A DNA stretch of 58,904 bases, counting the filler, from Perkinsus olseni (taxonomy: Eukaryota), in assembly GCA_013115125.1 (NCBI GenBank). It is 4 parts of 4 records of this genome, joined end to end, with 100 filler letters (N's around TTAATTAATTAA, not from the genome) between each part and the next. Parts side by side here need not be neighbours in the genome. Positions count along the whole stretch, not along the records: positions 1 to 14,789 come from JABANN010000724.1; positions 14,890 to 29,611 come from JABANN010000725.1; 2 more parts are not named here. One strand, written 5' to 3'. Within the stretch, counting starts at the first letter, position 1. Each line of letters opens with the position of its first letter. Of the stretch, positions 11,856-23,381 are shown piece after piece. Below the pieces are notes generated by a model. That model was not told the origin of the DNA. It saw only the letters and a program-made list of their open reading frames with translations, and did no database searches. A program made the translations under genes and the position numbers.

Positions 11856-14340
11856 TTAGTAGCCGAGAGTCACCTGCAATAACCATCCTCTCCGAACCAC
11901 ACCAAAAGGTCCCCGGTTCGACCCCCTCACCTGTTGTTTGGCTATCGCCACAGGATCCGTCTGCGTCCCAATAGGTGCTGTGAACTGCTTCGGTATCCAT
12001 AACGCCACAGCCGCAGCAGCCGAAGCTATCAGAGACCTCGTCGGCGAGAACTTGACACACCTCGGGTATCCAGAGTGTCCCTTCAGGATGCCGACAGGCT
12101 TCGGCTCGCACGCCTGTACATTGGCCGGGTCCTCGCTCATCGCCTGCTCCTGTGCACCCTTGCTCAGTATCGGCCATACATAGATACTCCCACCTGGTAC
12201 TCCACAAAGGACGTATCTAAATGGATACGGCTGGAGTCAACCTCAGGATACGCGGTGACGGATACCGAGCATCCGGGGAGAATGTGGGCCTGAGGCCATC
12301 CCGCTCCGGTAGGCTTTTGAAAGTCTGCGAGCCCGACTGCAAATGAGCATCGTCGAATTTATAGGTCGCCCTCAACCGCCCAGAGAAGGAGTCAATGGCG
12401 AACAAGTCCCCAGCTGCCGTAGAGCATAGAAGATACCTGTACGAGAAAAAAATCAGAGAAAAAAATCACAGCGGAGCGATGCAGTAATCACAATACTACT
12501 TTCCACAAGGTGAGAAAAGCATTGACCTCAGGGGAGATCCTTGAGTGAAGGGCGACAAGTCGAACGCTTCAAACTCTCCCTGAGCAAACAACAGAACTCT
12601 CATACACCCCACGAGGTTAACAGCAGCCTCCCACCAAAGCAAGCTGAATACCAACGGCAATAGCAAATACACAAAACCAGCCAAAGTCCTGGTTGGATTA
12701 AAACTCGATGCTTATTCCGTGCTAGTCGCCCCAGGTACAGCAGAGCGTTGAAAGTGGCATAGCTCTCAAAGATGCGCCCCACAACAAACCCGTCCATACT
12801 ACCCGTTCGAACTGACGGTTATCGAACATATGCACTTTAGCGATTGGCTTCTTGCCATCTCCTGTCGGCGTGGAGCTGGAGACCGCGAAGACTAGGCCTT
12901 GGGTGTCATAAGTTGCACATGGGCCACCCAGGCTACCCGTCGAGCTACCTGAGAATCGCCAACGCACCTTCGTAACCTAGTCGGATAAAACAGAAAACGA
13001 GAGGCGGCTGGTGGCCTTTTCCCTTCTTGATCGTCATTCCCAATTGAACGTGTGGCAAAGAGTAAACGAGCGTCAATGGATAGTTGACGATGCGACACTA
13101 CCAACTTTTACTAGGCTGAACCACAATGTGCGTCTGAAAGCTCATAACGAAGCAGCACTGTCCCCCTCCCCCTACTACCCTTAGCAACTTGCTCCTGACT
13201 ATACACTCGGGCAACCGGGCGTTCTTTCCTCAAGTCCCACATAAGGCAGGTGGAATCACCACCACTAGCCGTACTTAGCGACGTCGATAAGAACTGGTCC
13301 TCATACCTTGCAGGAGCAACGCAATGGACTGACGGAGAGGTGACCCCTCTAGTCTTACGGATGGACCTTCAGTGATGACACTGGCCCCGTGTGACCCTTG
13401 AAGTAGCGCAGGAACTTGTTCTCATAGAGGTCCCAATACCTCAGCGAATCTGCCAAGAGAAGCAACAGGGGTTTGCTCGCCTACGAGCTGCTACACGGAA
13501 GTCACGATGTACCGATAACATAACCGCCCTCATGTTTGCTCTACTGACGAGAATTTGGTAACCGAATCATCTATTTCACGGGACAACAGATCAAGCGTAC
13601 TGATGTTCTGGAAAGAAAGTTCACCATAATTTTCAAATTAGACCCGAGTGCGCGAAAACTTATCGGTGAGTTCAATACTTGCAGCCAGTCGAAGGAAGGA
13701 AAACTGACAGAACTAACGAACAGCCGAACGCGTAGACTAGACAAAACGGGAGAAACTCCGCGACAGGTTGAGGAAGCAAGTGCTCATCTGTACATACTCC
13801 ACGGCCACATTCAAAGCTGGCCACATCAAAAAGGCTGTTGTTAACCAGTTCAATCCGCCCCGCGGCGAACCACAGCTCCCCATCCCCTCTTGCCACCCGA
13901 CCAATATTACGATCAAAGTCCACTCGACTGGAGCAGAGGGCCGAGTTAGTTCCACTATGCACGAACTGGATGTTATCACAACCGTATTTACGGGAGTACA
14001 GCAGCTTATGGCGAGACCCTGAACGAGAAGCGACGGGAAGACAAGCGCGAGACTTCCACCACCTTTCTCAGTATCATAGATGCTAACGCTTTCATCGTCA
14101 CTGCTCGCTATAAGATACCTTCCATCAGAGGTGAAATCAATGCTGTTAACCTAAGACCACTAATAAGGGTCATATCAATCCTCCCCGTACCACCCTTTTC
14201 GTAGCGTCCTTGAAAACCTTCCCTACAGCCATATTGGAGAGGATGTCGTCTGTAAGGCCGATAGGGGCAGGAGCTGCTGCTGCGGCGGCAGTAGCAGCGG
14301 ATTTACTACCACTACCACCGGCCTTCGACCCCTTATACAT
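11856..14340 (-). CDS. WDR82: WD40 protein WDR82/Swd2 (COMPASS / cleavage-polyadenylation subunit), multi-exon
   Basis: LTDDILSNMAVGKVFKD, VNSIDFTSDGRYLIASSDDESVSIYD, LYSRKYGCDNIQFVH, RYWDLYENKFLRYFKGH and the C-terminal GHSGYPRCVKFSP...ALWIP match the WDR82 pattern. Confidence 0.9.
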
Positions 14341-14789
14341 GCGCTCAAAACAACTGCATCGACAACCTTTCGGTGATACTGACTTTTAATAACCACTCGA
14401 AGCCTCTTCCGAACCGCAGCCACACACTATATACTTTCCGACAGAAACCTACTGTAGAGACTAGGATAGTGAGCAGCACGAAACAACTCGAATCAGCCAT
14501 TGGCTCCGGGTCAACCCGCCCTGTCCTACGGAACAAACCATTGAATAAATTTTGAAAGTGATGTAAGATCGCGGGGGGCTCGTTCTACCACCTTCAGGAT
14601 AAGTTGATATGGGCACTCTCGCAGATAGAGTGTTAATCGACCTCGAGCTGCTGATTGCTGAGCTGGAACCCAACAGTCAACGACTATAACACGCTTCAAC
14701 GAGCATGCAGTACACAAAAACAACATGTGCCACCGACAGCGTCTCATCACGGTTGCTCTCGCGTAGGACAATATGATGATGGCATAGCA

Positions 14790-14889
14790 NNNNNNNNNNN
14801 NNNNNNNNNNNNNNNNNNNNNNNNNNNNNNNNNTTAATTAATTAANNNNNNNNNNNNNNNNNNNNNNNNNNNNNNNNNNNNNNNNNNNN
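14790..14889. other. Artificial contig spacer (N44-TTAATTAATTAA-N44)
   Basis: 100-bp linker with stops in all frames, identical to the other two spacers. Confidence 0.97.

Positions 14890-14961
<72 letters not shown>
14890..14961. repeat. (GTA)n microsatellite at contig start
   Basis: Perfect triplet run. Confidence 0.97.
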
Positions 14962-14965
<4 letters not shown>

Positions 14966-15002
14966 GATAACAGGTATAACTGGTAGTGCTGTTTTTGTTT
15001 AG

Positions 15003-15405
15003 GGTGAAGGAATTGTTGAAAGCTAATGAAGCCAAGGTTAAGGCCTTGAGTATGGAGCTATTCAACAAGGAAACTCTCGTTTTCACCGATCTACAGGATG
15101 TATTGGGACCTAGGCCATACGGTGTTAATGATAGTAATAACAGCATAGTGGTGATGATGACGGTGTATACCGTCTTTGTAGAGTACCTTAAGTATATCGA
15201 CACCAAGGCTGGAGTCGAGATGGATAAGAAAGAAGCAGCAGAGGCCGCAGCAGAGGCCGCAGCAGCAGCCAAGAATTTGACGGAGAAGTCTGGAGTGTCG
15301 GGCGGTGATGCAGTCCATCCAGAAGAAACCTTGGACGAATCATCGGGGATAGACCAACAAGAGCAGCAACGGCAAGGGGACACTACACCCGATGCCAAAC
15401 GATGA
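15003..15405 (+). CDS. 3' end of an FtsH/AFG3-type m-AAA metalloprotease (truncated by contig start)
   Basis: RVKELLKANEAKVKALSMELFNKETLVFTDLQDVLGPRPY resembles the M41 protease C-terminal LLEKE...LGPRPF motif. Confidence 0.72.
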
Positions 15406-15527
15406 GGAGCCTTTGTTGTGGTATTTACGTGTATGATGACGATGTTTCGGGTATTTAAGGTTGATGCATGATGAAGTTGATCAATTAGCATATCAATCAT
15501 CCTCCTCTTAGTGCTTGTTGTTTCTAC

Positions 15528-16889
15528 ATGTCCGCCTCATCATCATCATCACCAGCTCCCTCTCCTACTACTATCAATCAACAACAACAACAGTCTTCTC
15601 CGCAGGTAGGGAAGAGGACAACTATCAGTCACCGCACCTGTCACTTGGTAGGCCACGGCACTTAGTGGCTATGGTGATATGAACGGTAGTAGTGGTGATA
15701 CACAGCAGGATTATCATTACTATCATACTACCACTGATCATCATCCTCAAACCGCTGGGTATATGCCATCATCATCCTCTCCCGACGCGCAAGTAGGGGT
15801 GGCCGTGTTGATGGTCCTGAGCCGCTGAAGCCTATCGTCAGGTAATGGGGGTGAGGGCATCTAGTATTGATGACTCTGAGGATTACATGAAGATGCTCTT
15901 GGAGAGTTCACGACGACAAGAGCAGCTCCTGAGTAGGAAACAGCAGTCAGGGTGGGGATATAGGGAAGATGATGATCAGGCCGGGTTGTAGAGCTCTTCA
16001 CTACTACTAACGCTAAGCTAGACATACTCTCCACTAAGGTTGAACTTTTACAGTCTGCTACTGTTGATGCTATCAATAGTAGGGCCAACAGACTCACCTC
16101 CTACACACTGGTTACCTTACCCCGTTGTAGGTGCTGGAGGGGTTCCCGCTGCTTCCTCAGGGAGGAGGTCGTCTGCGGCAGGAGGAGGAGGACCCCATCG
16201 TAATGCTGCTGATGGCAACTCTCGTGGCCAGATAATAATGCCACCAGGTAGTTATTCATCGCTACCCCCACTAATACAGGTATCGCAGGTATGGTTGGCC
16301 ATGGTACCTCTAGTAATGCACCAAGACAGGGTACGATGCAGCCAGCACCTCCCCCACCACCACCTGCCTCTTCCGGGATAGATGATGAGGTTATTATTAT
16401 AACACTCCCTCTAACTACCACCAACCATTCCACTGGTTCCATCATCAGGAGCGGCGACGGCGTCAAGCAGAGTTGGATAGGTTGAGACAAGAAGAAGAGA
16501 GGAAGAAGATGGAGGAACAGAAGAGAATTAATGAGGAGAGACTTCGAAGGGAGGTAGTAGTAGTACAGTAATACCATACGAGACAGCAGGAGGCAGCATA
16601 TCCTCAGGAGGAAGAAAGAGTTCGTCGGGAGGCCCTAGCTAAGCGTACTCATGGTTTGATGAGTGGGCTCACTGCTGCAGGGGACACTCCTGCTGATGGT
16701 CCAGTGGTCTCTTCCTCATCACCAACAGGAGGGCTCTTCGGCGATGATGATGATTCAGCAGAGCCAACACCAAGCAGGGCCTCTAATAATAGTAGAGGTA
16801 GTAGGCATCCCCCTTTTTGTAGTGTTAATACCGTTGCCTACTAAGGTAATCATCGTAGACCAGTGGCTAGTGGTCTGTTCGATGACTGA
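15528..16889 (+). CDS. Hypothetical multi-exon coiled-coil / low-complexity protein
   Basis: Short GT-AG introns link MSASSSS..., MKMLLESSRRQEQ..., KLDILSTKVELLQ, an E/R-rich coil, GGLFGDDDD and a terminal SGLFDD*. Confidence 0.5.
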
Positions 16890-17019
16890 TGATGCGACGA
16901 CGCCAACTCATAAGGATATGTTGGTCTATGTTGAGTTTAGAGCACTTTCGGGTGTTGAGTTCACCATCACCATAGCTACGTAGAAGGGGTTGTTAGTCGT
17001 TTTATTCCTCCTTAAATGT

Positions 17020-18723
17020 ATGGTCCAGAAGGATAGAACAGAGGAGCTCCGACAGGTACACGACGCCAGCAGCAACACCCTCCTACTACTTTGACTGTAT
17101 TCAGCGGGCTCGAAGGCTCGGTGTTATCCCGAGTATTGATGGCAGAGATATAATAATAACCTTGGCAGGGGAGGGGGGTCCGATGATGGAGCGGAAGCAG
17201 CCTCAGCTCGGGAGGATGATGCTCTCATGGTTGAATCTTACAGCTCCTTCTGCTGCTGCTGCTGCTACTGAAGGTAGTAGTTCGGTGAATGAGAAACGAC
17301 GATGTGATGGTGGCCAATGGTTAGAGGAAAGACTTGAACTCATGTCAAGCTTCTTTGATGAAGTAGTACACATACGAAAATCGCTAGACGATGTACGACA
17401 GAATATCAAGAAGATCAGGGAAGGCCAAGATGATATGGCAAAGGTGGTGAGGATGTTGCCTCTAGAGGTGTATTGGGGAGAGCAGTAGGTTGTATCAATA
17501 GAGAAGGAGACGATGGTCAGAAGAGAAGTAGAAGATGTTATAACTGTCACCAACAAGATTATCAGAACAATCAAGAATAATCTTCAAGCGGTTCATAAGC
17601 GTAACGAAGAATTTATGGTAGTCATGCGGTAGTGGAGGGGTTGTATGTATTTACCAGCTCTTAGGAAGTAGCTCCTAAGGCAGTTGCGGATATGAGGATG
17701 AGGGATGGTATCTACACAGGGTTATGCACGAAGTTCAATAACCTTGTAGCACAAGGCTTGGCCGCAGCGCAACAACAACAGCCGCTATCGGCCTGTTAGG
17801 TGTTGGACTATCAAACATCACAATCCGATTTTACACAGTATGCCAAGGCACGAGCATTCAACAATCTCCACATGGCCTTACCCGAGGCAACGGCAGACGA
17901 GGTGATCAGGAGGCAGCCTTGCAGCCAGTGAGGGGGGTTTGGGTAGATTCACGAATTGCTCAAGTCTGGTGTGCGGCCATCTAGCATATTACAACAAAGA
18001 ATGATGATGAGAGATGGTACGGCAATCGGACAAGCGAGTACCAATGCTGCCCATGTCACTATGATAACCAGACTACAACAGATGCAAGATAAGTAATAGT
18101 AGCTGATGGAGTGGTAGGAGTAGTTGATGGAGTGGTAGGAGTAGTTGATGGAGTGGTAGGAGTAGCTGATGGAGTGGTAGGANNNNNNNNNNNNNNNNNN
18201 NNNNNNNNNNNNNNNNNNNNNNNNNNNNNNNNNNNNNNNNNNNNNNNNNNNNNNNNNNNNNNNNNNNNNNNNNNNNNNTCCTGTAGTTGATGGAGTGGTA
18301 GGAGTAGTTGATGGAGTGGTAGGAGTAGTTGATGGAGTGGTAGGAGTAGTTGATGGAGTGGTAGGAGTAGTTGATGTTGTGGTATGGTTAGATACTCTGA
18401 TCTTAGAAGGCTTGAAGAGGCGGTAGTGGATCTGCATCAATTATTCGTAGACATGGCTATAGTAGTGAATCAACAGGTGATCATACTTGGATGATGGTAA
18501 TATTTGGTATCACCCTCATCAGACTGATCTGTTGGATAATATCGAATTTAACGTGGTTAATGCTAAGCATTTTACAGCAGAGGCGGAGAGGAGTCTTATA
18601 CGAGCAAGGAAACATCAGAGGTCTGCACAGAAGACTAGGTTGTGTATCATACTAATTTGTCTCATCTTTCTTGCCGTTTTATTAATACCAACAATAACAG
18701 CAACAATGAAGACAGTTGGTTGA
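17020..18723 (+). CDS. Syntaxin (Qa-SNARE, syntaxin-1/SYP1-like), multi-exon
   Basis: N-peptide MVQKDRTEELRQ, Habc MSSFFDEVVHIRKSLDDVRQNIKKI, SNARE motif LRRLEEAVVDLHQLFVDMAIVVNQQ..DLLDNIEFNV, and a C-terminal TM anchor. Confidence 0.9.
18098..18376. repeat. 21-bp minisatellite (GTAGTTGATGGAGTGGTAGGA)n in a syntaxin intron, spanning a 96-N gap
   Basis: About 4 copies on each side of the gap 18183-18278. Confidence 0.93.
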
Positions 18724-18861
18724 TCATAATAACCACGCTTCATGAACATGATGATAACAGTAGAGTGAATGATGCTGTTCATGTGTTTGCGTTGGTAGGA
18801 GTGGCAGATTCTTATTATCGTTACTCCCTTCAAGGAGGCCTTCTTTCTCTGCAGTACCATC

Positions 18862-20753
18862 ATGGGTAATCAACCTGGGACGCTCCACGACATGAGGGGA
18901 GCCACTTCTACTGAGCTCGATGCTCAGGGAGTTAAGTATGATACCATTAGTGATGATACTACTGTTTCCAAAGATGAAGGAGTGGTGGGGGGCAATACAC
19001 GGAAACATAACAACAAGAAGAACAAGAAGAAGAAGAGGATGGTCATGAGGAATGGTATTAATCCTGTTGGTGATGTACATGATGAAGACTTGAAAGATTC
19101 TACCCTTCCCCTGCCAAGTATATCGGACTTCAAGAAGAGTAATAATACCAACTGGCTCTCCATCCTCACCCCTCGTTGTTAGTGTCCGATCCAGTGAGTG
19201 TTGTATTCTACCAACATGGGCTGTGGGGTCATCCTTATGATCTACACAACATGGCCTATGGTATATATAAACGAAGTGGTGCACTACCCATAATGATACA
19301 ATCTAATATTGGCAAAACCAGTGATGGTAGTAGCTTCATCATCATCATCAAGCACAGCAACAAGAGGGGTACTTGTTTTCATTATTCAGGTGTTGTACCG
19401 GGTGGTCTCAGACTTCTTGCAGAATGTATACCCTATTTTGATGCCTTACCGAAGGGTTCGAGGATATCCTTCCTTGGCCATTCTCTCGGAGGCTTGTAAT
19501 GACGACGAAGGACCAGCAGCAGCAGTTGTCGCTGATGATGGTGATGATGCTCACTCATCTTTAGATACATCAGAGTGGCTCTGCGTAATCTATTCGAGAA
19601 GTATCCTGATTATTTTACGAGTAGGGGACTAATACTTGATAGACTGGTAATAGGACCTCCCCCATCTTGCCACTAACATCACCTTCCATAGTTACTACTA
19701 GCCTGCCCTAACCTCGGTATCAGGGATGTCCCAGCTCACATCCGTGTTGGCGCAGCCTTGGGGGCGTTAGCTCAACAGTCGATGGTTGACTTCCTCGATT
19801 CTAATGGGGAGCTTTTGGAGAAGCTCTGTGATTATGCCGGTATTGAATCAATTAAACCTTTCCGAGAGAGGTTAGTGTATGGCAATTTGCAAGCTGATCT
19901 GCTTGTCTCCGCTGACAGCGCTCTTATGGTACCGCCAGGATGCAAACTTTGGTTGGATGAAACGTATGATGCTTGCAGAGAGGAAGGAATGGGAGAGAGG
20001 GAGTCATCTGGGGGTAGTACCAAGGCGAAACATTACAACAGAGCATCATCATCAACATCAACATCAAGGAAGGCCGAAGTTGCTACTATCTATCCAGCTT
20101 ATGTTGAAGCAACTGATACGTTGAACCCGTTAGCATCATCGGTTGCTTTGAACTCCATTAGTTGGCGGCGGTATGCGGTGAAGTTCCCAATGTGGCCCTG
20201 GGCTGCCATGTTTGATGGATCAGCGCACTTCAAGCTAGTTAACCACACAACACAAGATATTCATAATTGCGGTGTACCAGTGGTGAATCATATTAGTCGT
20301 CATTGGAAACGATGTAACGACAGTAATGATGCCAAGGGGAAGCGAGGACGAGAAGAAGAGGAGGAGTGTATCTTGGGTAGTACAGTTAGGAGCGTATCTT
20401 CTGATGAAAATGACGAAGTCGAAATGGAAATTGAAGCGAAGCACGCTGGTGTAAGTTCGTATAATGATGAGGAGGAAGCCCCCTCAAGCATCGTCATCAT
20501 CATCATACTTCAGGAGCCCTTCCGGAATTATTGTACATGTATTAATGGTGACGACGCGGAGATGGAAGGAAGTTCATCGTTCGAAGAAGAGGAGGATGAT
20601 GTAGTCAACGGAGAGGTGGTGGATGCTCCAAGCCCGTTGCCTCCTGATACCGAGGCTGCAGAGGTCCATAGCGACTCTCCTATCAATGATGCTTGTTCTC
20701 TTATTACGTCCATTCCTTCTGAACCTTCCAAACCTACAACTACCGCTCTTTGA
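18862..20753 (+). CDS. DUF676 putative serine esterase/lipase (ROG1/FAM135-like), multi-exon
   Basis: VVFYQHGLWGH, nucleophile elbow ISFLGHSLGGL, CPNLG, FRERLVYGNLQADLLVS. Confidence 0.85.
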
Positions 20754-21344
20754 ATTACTTATTCACAGCCGGCAATTCTTCTGTCATCTGTATATGATGG
20801 GTTGTAAGAGCTTAGCCGAATGTGAAGAAGCCTTTTTCGCATCATTACGGTTGGCAGCTATCCAAGCATGTCGTATGTTGATATGTAAAATGATAACGAG
20901 CCACTGTCTTCTGATTAATAACATCAGTCTCACCAGCTGCAGCGTGTACTCATGATGATGACGATGGTGTGTCGTGATCTTCTGTGAATTCATATTTCTC
21001 AAGCTAGAGTTATATACCTCTCGCTTCTCAGTGTTATGAAACAGAAGTTGCCTGCTGTTATTACTACTATTCTGCATTCTATAATATTGCTCATCCATTG
21101 AACTGCAACTTCGCACAGTTTCTGTTTTATTAAAAAGCGAATGAGGAGGCAGCATCATTCTGAAGTGTACTGCATGGTATTGTGTTATTCAAGTGCAAGT
21201 GCGTCGCCGACATATTATTCAAACTCGACAGCAAAACTTCCAGAAACACATCACTCATCACGAAGAACGTCACTCCCTCGGGCACTCTCCTCCGCTTTAC
21301 GCTTCATCCATGCTTTGTATTCAGCCCGACGAGGGTTCCTAAAC

Positions 21345-22540
21345 TCATGAAGTGGCCACCACCCTACGCCAACAGATGTACATTAGATAAGTTTTGTCCT
21401 CATCTTCTTTCTCCTCATCTTCAGCCCATGCTCCCGACAGATCGGTTGCTATGGGTTTCTCTTCCTTGAAATCGAATTTAGCCAGTTCCGCTAATTTCGC
21501 CTTTCGGGCCTCGGCTGCCCGCTTCCTCGCTGCTTCTAAAGCAGCCCGTGACTTCACATACACCTGTTGACACACCTTAGATGAATGCAAGTAGCATGAT
21601 GATCATCACCTTGACGTTATAAGTGCCGGTCCATGTCTTAAAAGGTAAGGTTAGTTTGATCTGATGATAACAGCTGATGGTCATCACCGATTGGCATGAA
21701 GCATCTGACCTCGTGTACACCAGAATGAGTTATACCATAATTCCCGTGGGGCATCTCCAATTGATTGGGTAATAAATCCAGTTCATGCCTGAGAGGAGCA
21801 TTCCCCTATAAAGTGACGCCCAGCCCCGTACTGTTGGCTGAGTGCTTCTAGAATGTCCACGTAGCTGAGGGGATCAGCAAGAGGCTCTTCGCTGCTCTCT
21901 CCCGACCCTCGAGTCTCACAGATGAATTGAAGAGTTATCTCTTGTATCCAATCAAATGGACGAGACTGATGATAACATCACAGGTTAGGTGTTACCATCC
22001 AAGACTGTACAACATACCTCCCCCTTGGCACCGACTCCTACTATCGTAGCGGCAGTTTTATTGATAAGGTTTGGGTCAGCATACATATCAACATTCTCCC
22101 ATAGACTAGCATATACAGCCTGTTTCTGTGGTACCTTCCGAGGACGTGCATTAATTAGTTCCTGGTGTCTGTGAGGACTGACCAGGAAATGACGTGCACG
22201 TCCCCGACGGACCATGACTATCTCTCCTTCTACTCCAAGCCGTGGAACATCCTTGAGTAATATCACCGGTATTTCCTTACTTACGAATTGATGTTGAGCT
22301 CCAGTGTAGGCTGGGTACCCATTAGCAGAAGTCTTTATACGAAAATCATGTAAGAATAACCTACACACGACAGTAGGGGGACTCGTGTGATGATGATGAT
22401 GACGACGAATATCATTACAATGGTCTGCTGCTGCGCAGTAGACCAGGCTGTTGGTAGTAGTGGTGGTGATCGAGTACCCTCCTCAACAGTCTTGTTGTTG
22501 TTGTTGTTGTTGTTGTTGTTGCCCCACTCCTCGGTATCAT
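21345..22540 (-). CDS. MRPL9: Organellar (probably mitochondrial) ribosomal protein L9, multi-exon
   Basis: IPVILLKDVPRLGVEGEIVMVRRGRARHFLVPQKQAVYA is the L9 N-terminal domain. The R-rich presequence-like start MIPRSGATTT...RLLRR is inferred. Confidence 0.8.
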
Positions 22541-22673
22541 CGTTGAAGACGAAAGAAATGCTGTTTGGCTATCGAAGCAACCCTTGCGTTGTTTTAGCCC
22601 TTTTGTTACTGCTCAACAAAACAATCTGATGATGATAGCGATGAATGACTGGTAGTAAATAGCAGTAGTAGTG

Positions 22674-23168
22674 ATGGTAACGACTGCAGCAGCGGAGACC
22701 AAAACCAGTAGTGGCAGTAATGATGACTACGACGTAGTAGTAGCAGCAGAAGAGCATCGTAGGACAGAAGCAGCAGCCTATCGGAGTTTATTACTTAAAA
22801 CAACAGCGGCGGTGGTGGCAGGGAACAAGAACAAAAGAGTATTATTGTTATCAAGTATAACATATCGTCTAACCGACATCTTGGAGCAGATTGGGATCGA
22901 CTATCATCCAACAGCTGCTGCTGCTGCAGCTGTTCCCTGGACAAAGATCAGTACCGGAGGATCTATTACCATTAGAGATGATGAACACTAGATAGATAAC
23001 ACGTACAACATGCTTCGTATACTCCCCCTCATCCACGTTACCACAATAGACGATTGTTGCGAAAATTGAACCGAGGAAGGCGGGGGAAGAGGCAAGAAGG
23101 AGTTGCTGCTGGTAGAACACGCAGTAGCCCAAGAGCGAAGGGAGACCATTAGCGGTATAGAGCCGTAA
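22674..23168 (+). CDS. Possible small hypothetical protein
   Basis: Open frames that could be joined by short introns; no recognisable domain. Confidence 0.25.
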
Positions 23169-23267
23169 TGATCGGAGCTGGTGATTGCGTCAACTTAGGC
23201 AAGAACTACTACAAGTTACTATAATAATGAAGACTACCAGAGGCAAACAGTAGCAGTCATTCTAAGA

Positions 23268-23283
23268 TCACTTCTTCTTCTTC

Positions 23284-23321
<38 letters not shown>

Positions 23322-23339
23322 GGTGTTGTCATTAGATGA

Positions 23340-23381
<42 letters not shown>

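Noticed and set aside
14834-14845. TTAATTAATTAA motif occurring three times at about 14.7-kb spacing
   Set aside because: Synthetic all-frame-stop linker embedded in Ns; not biological.
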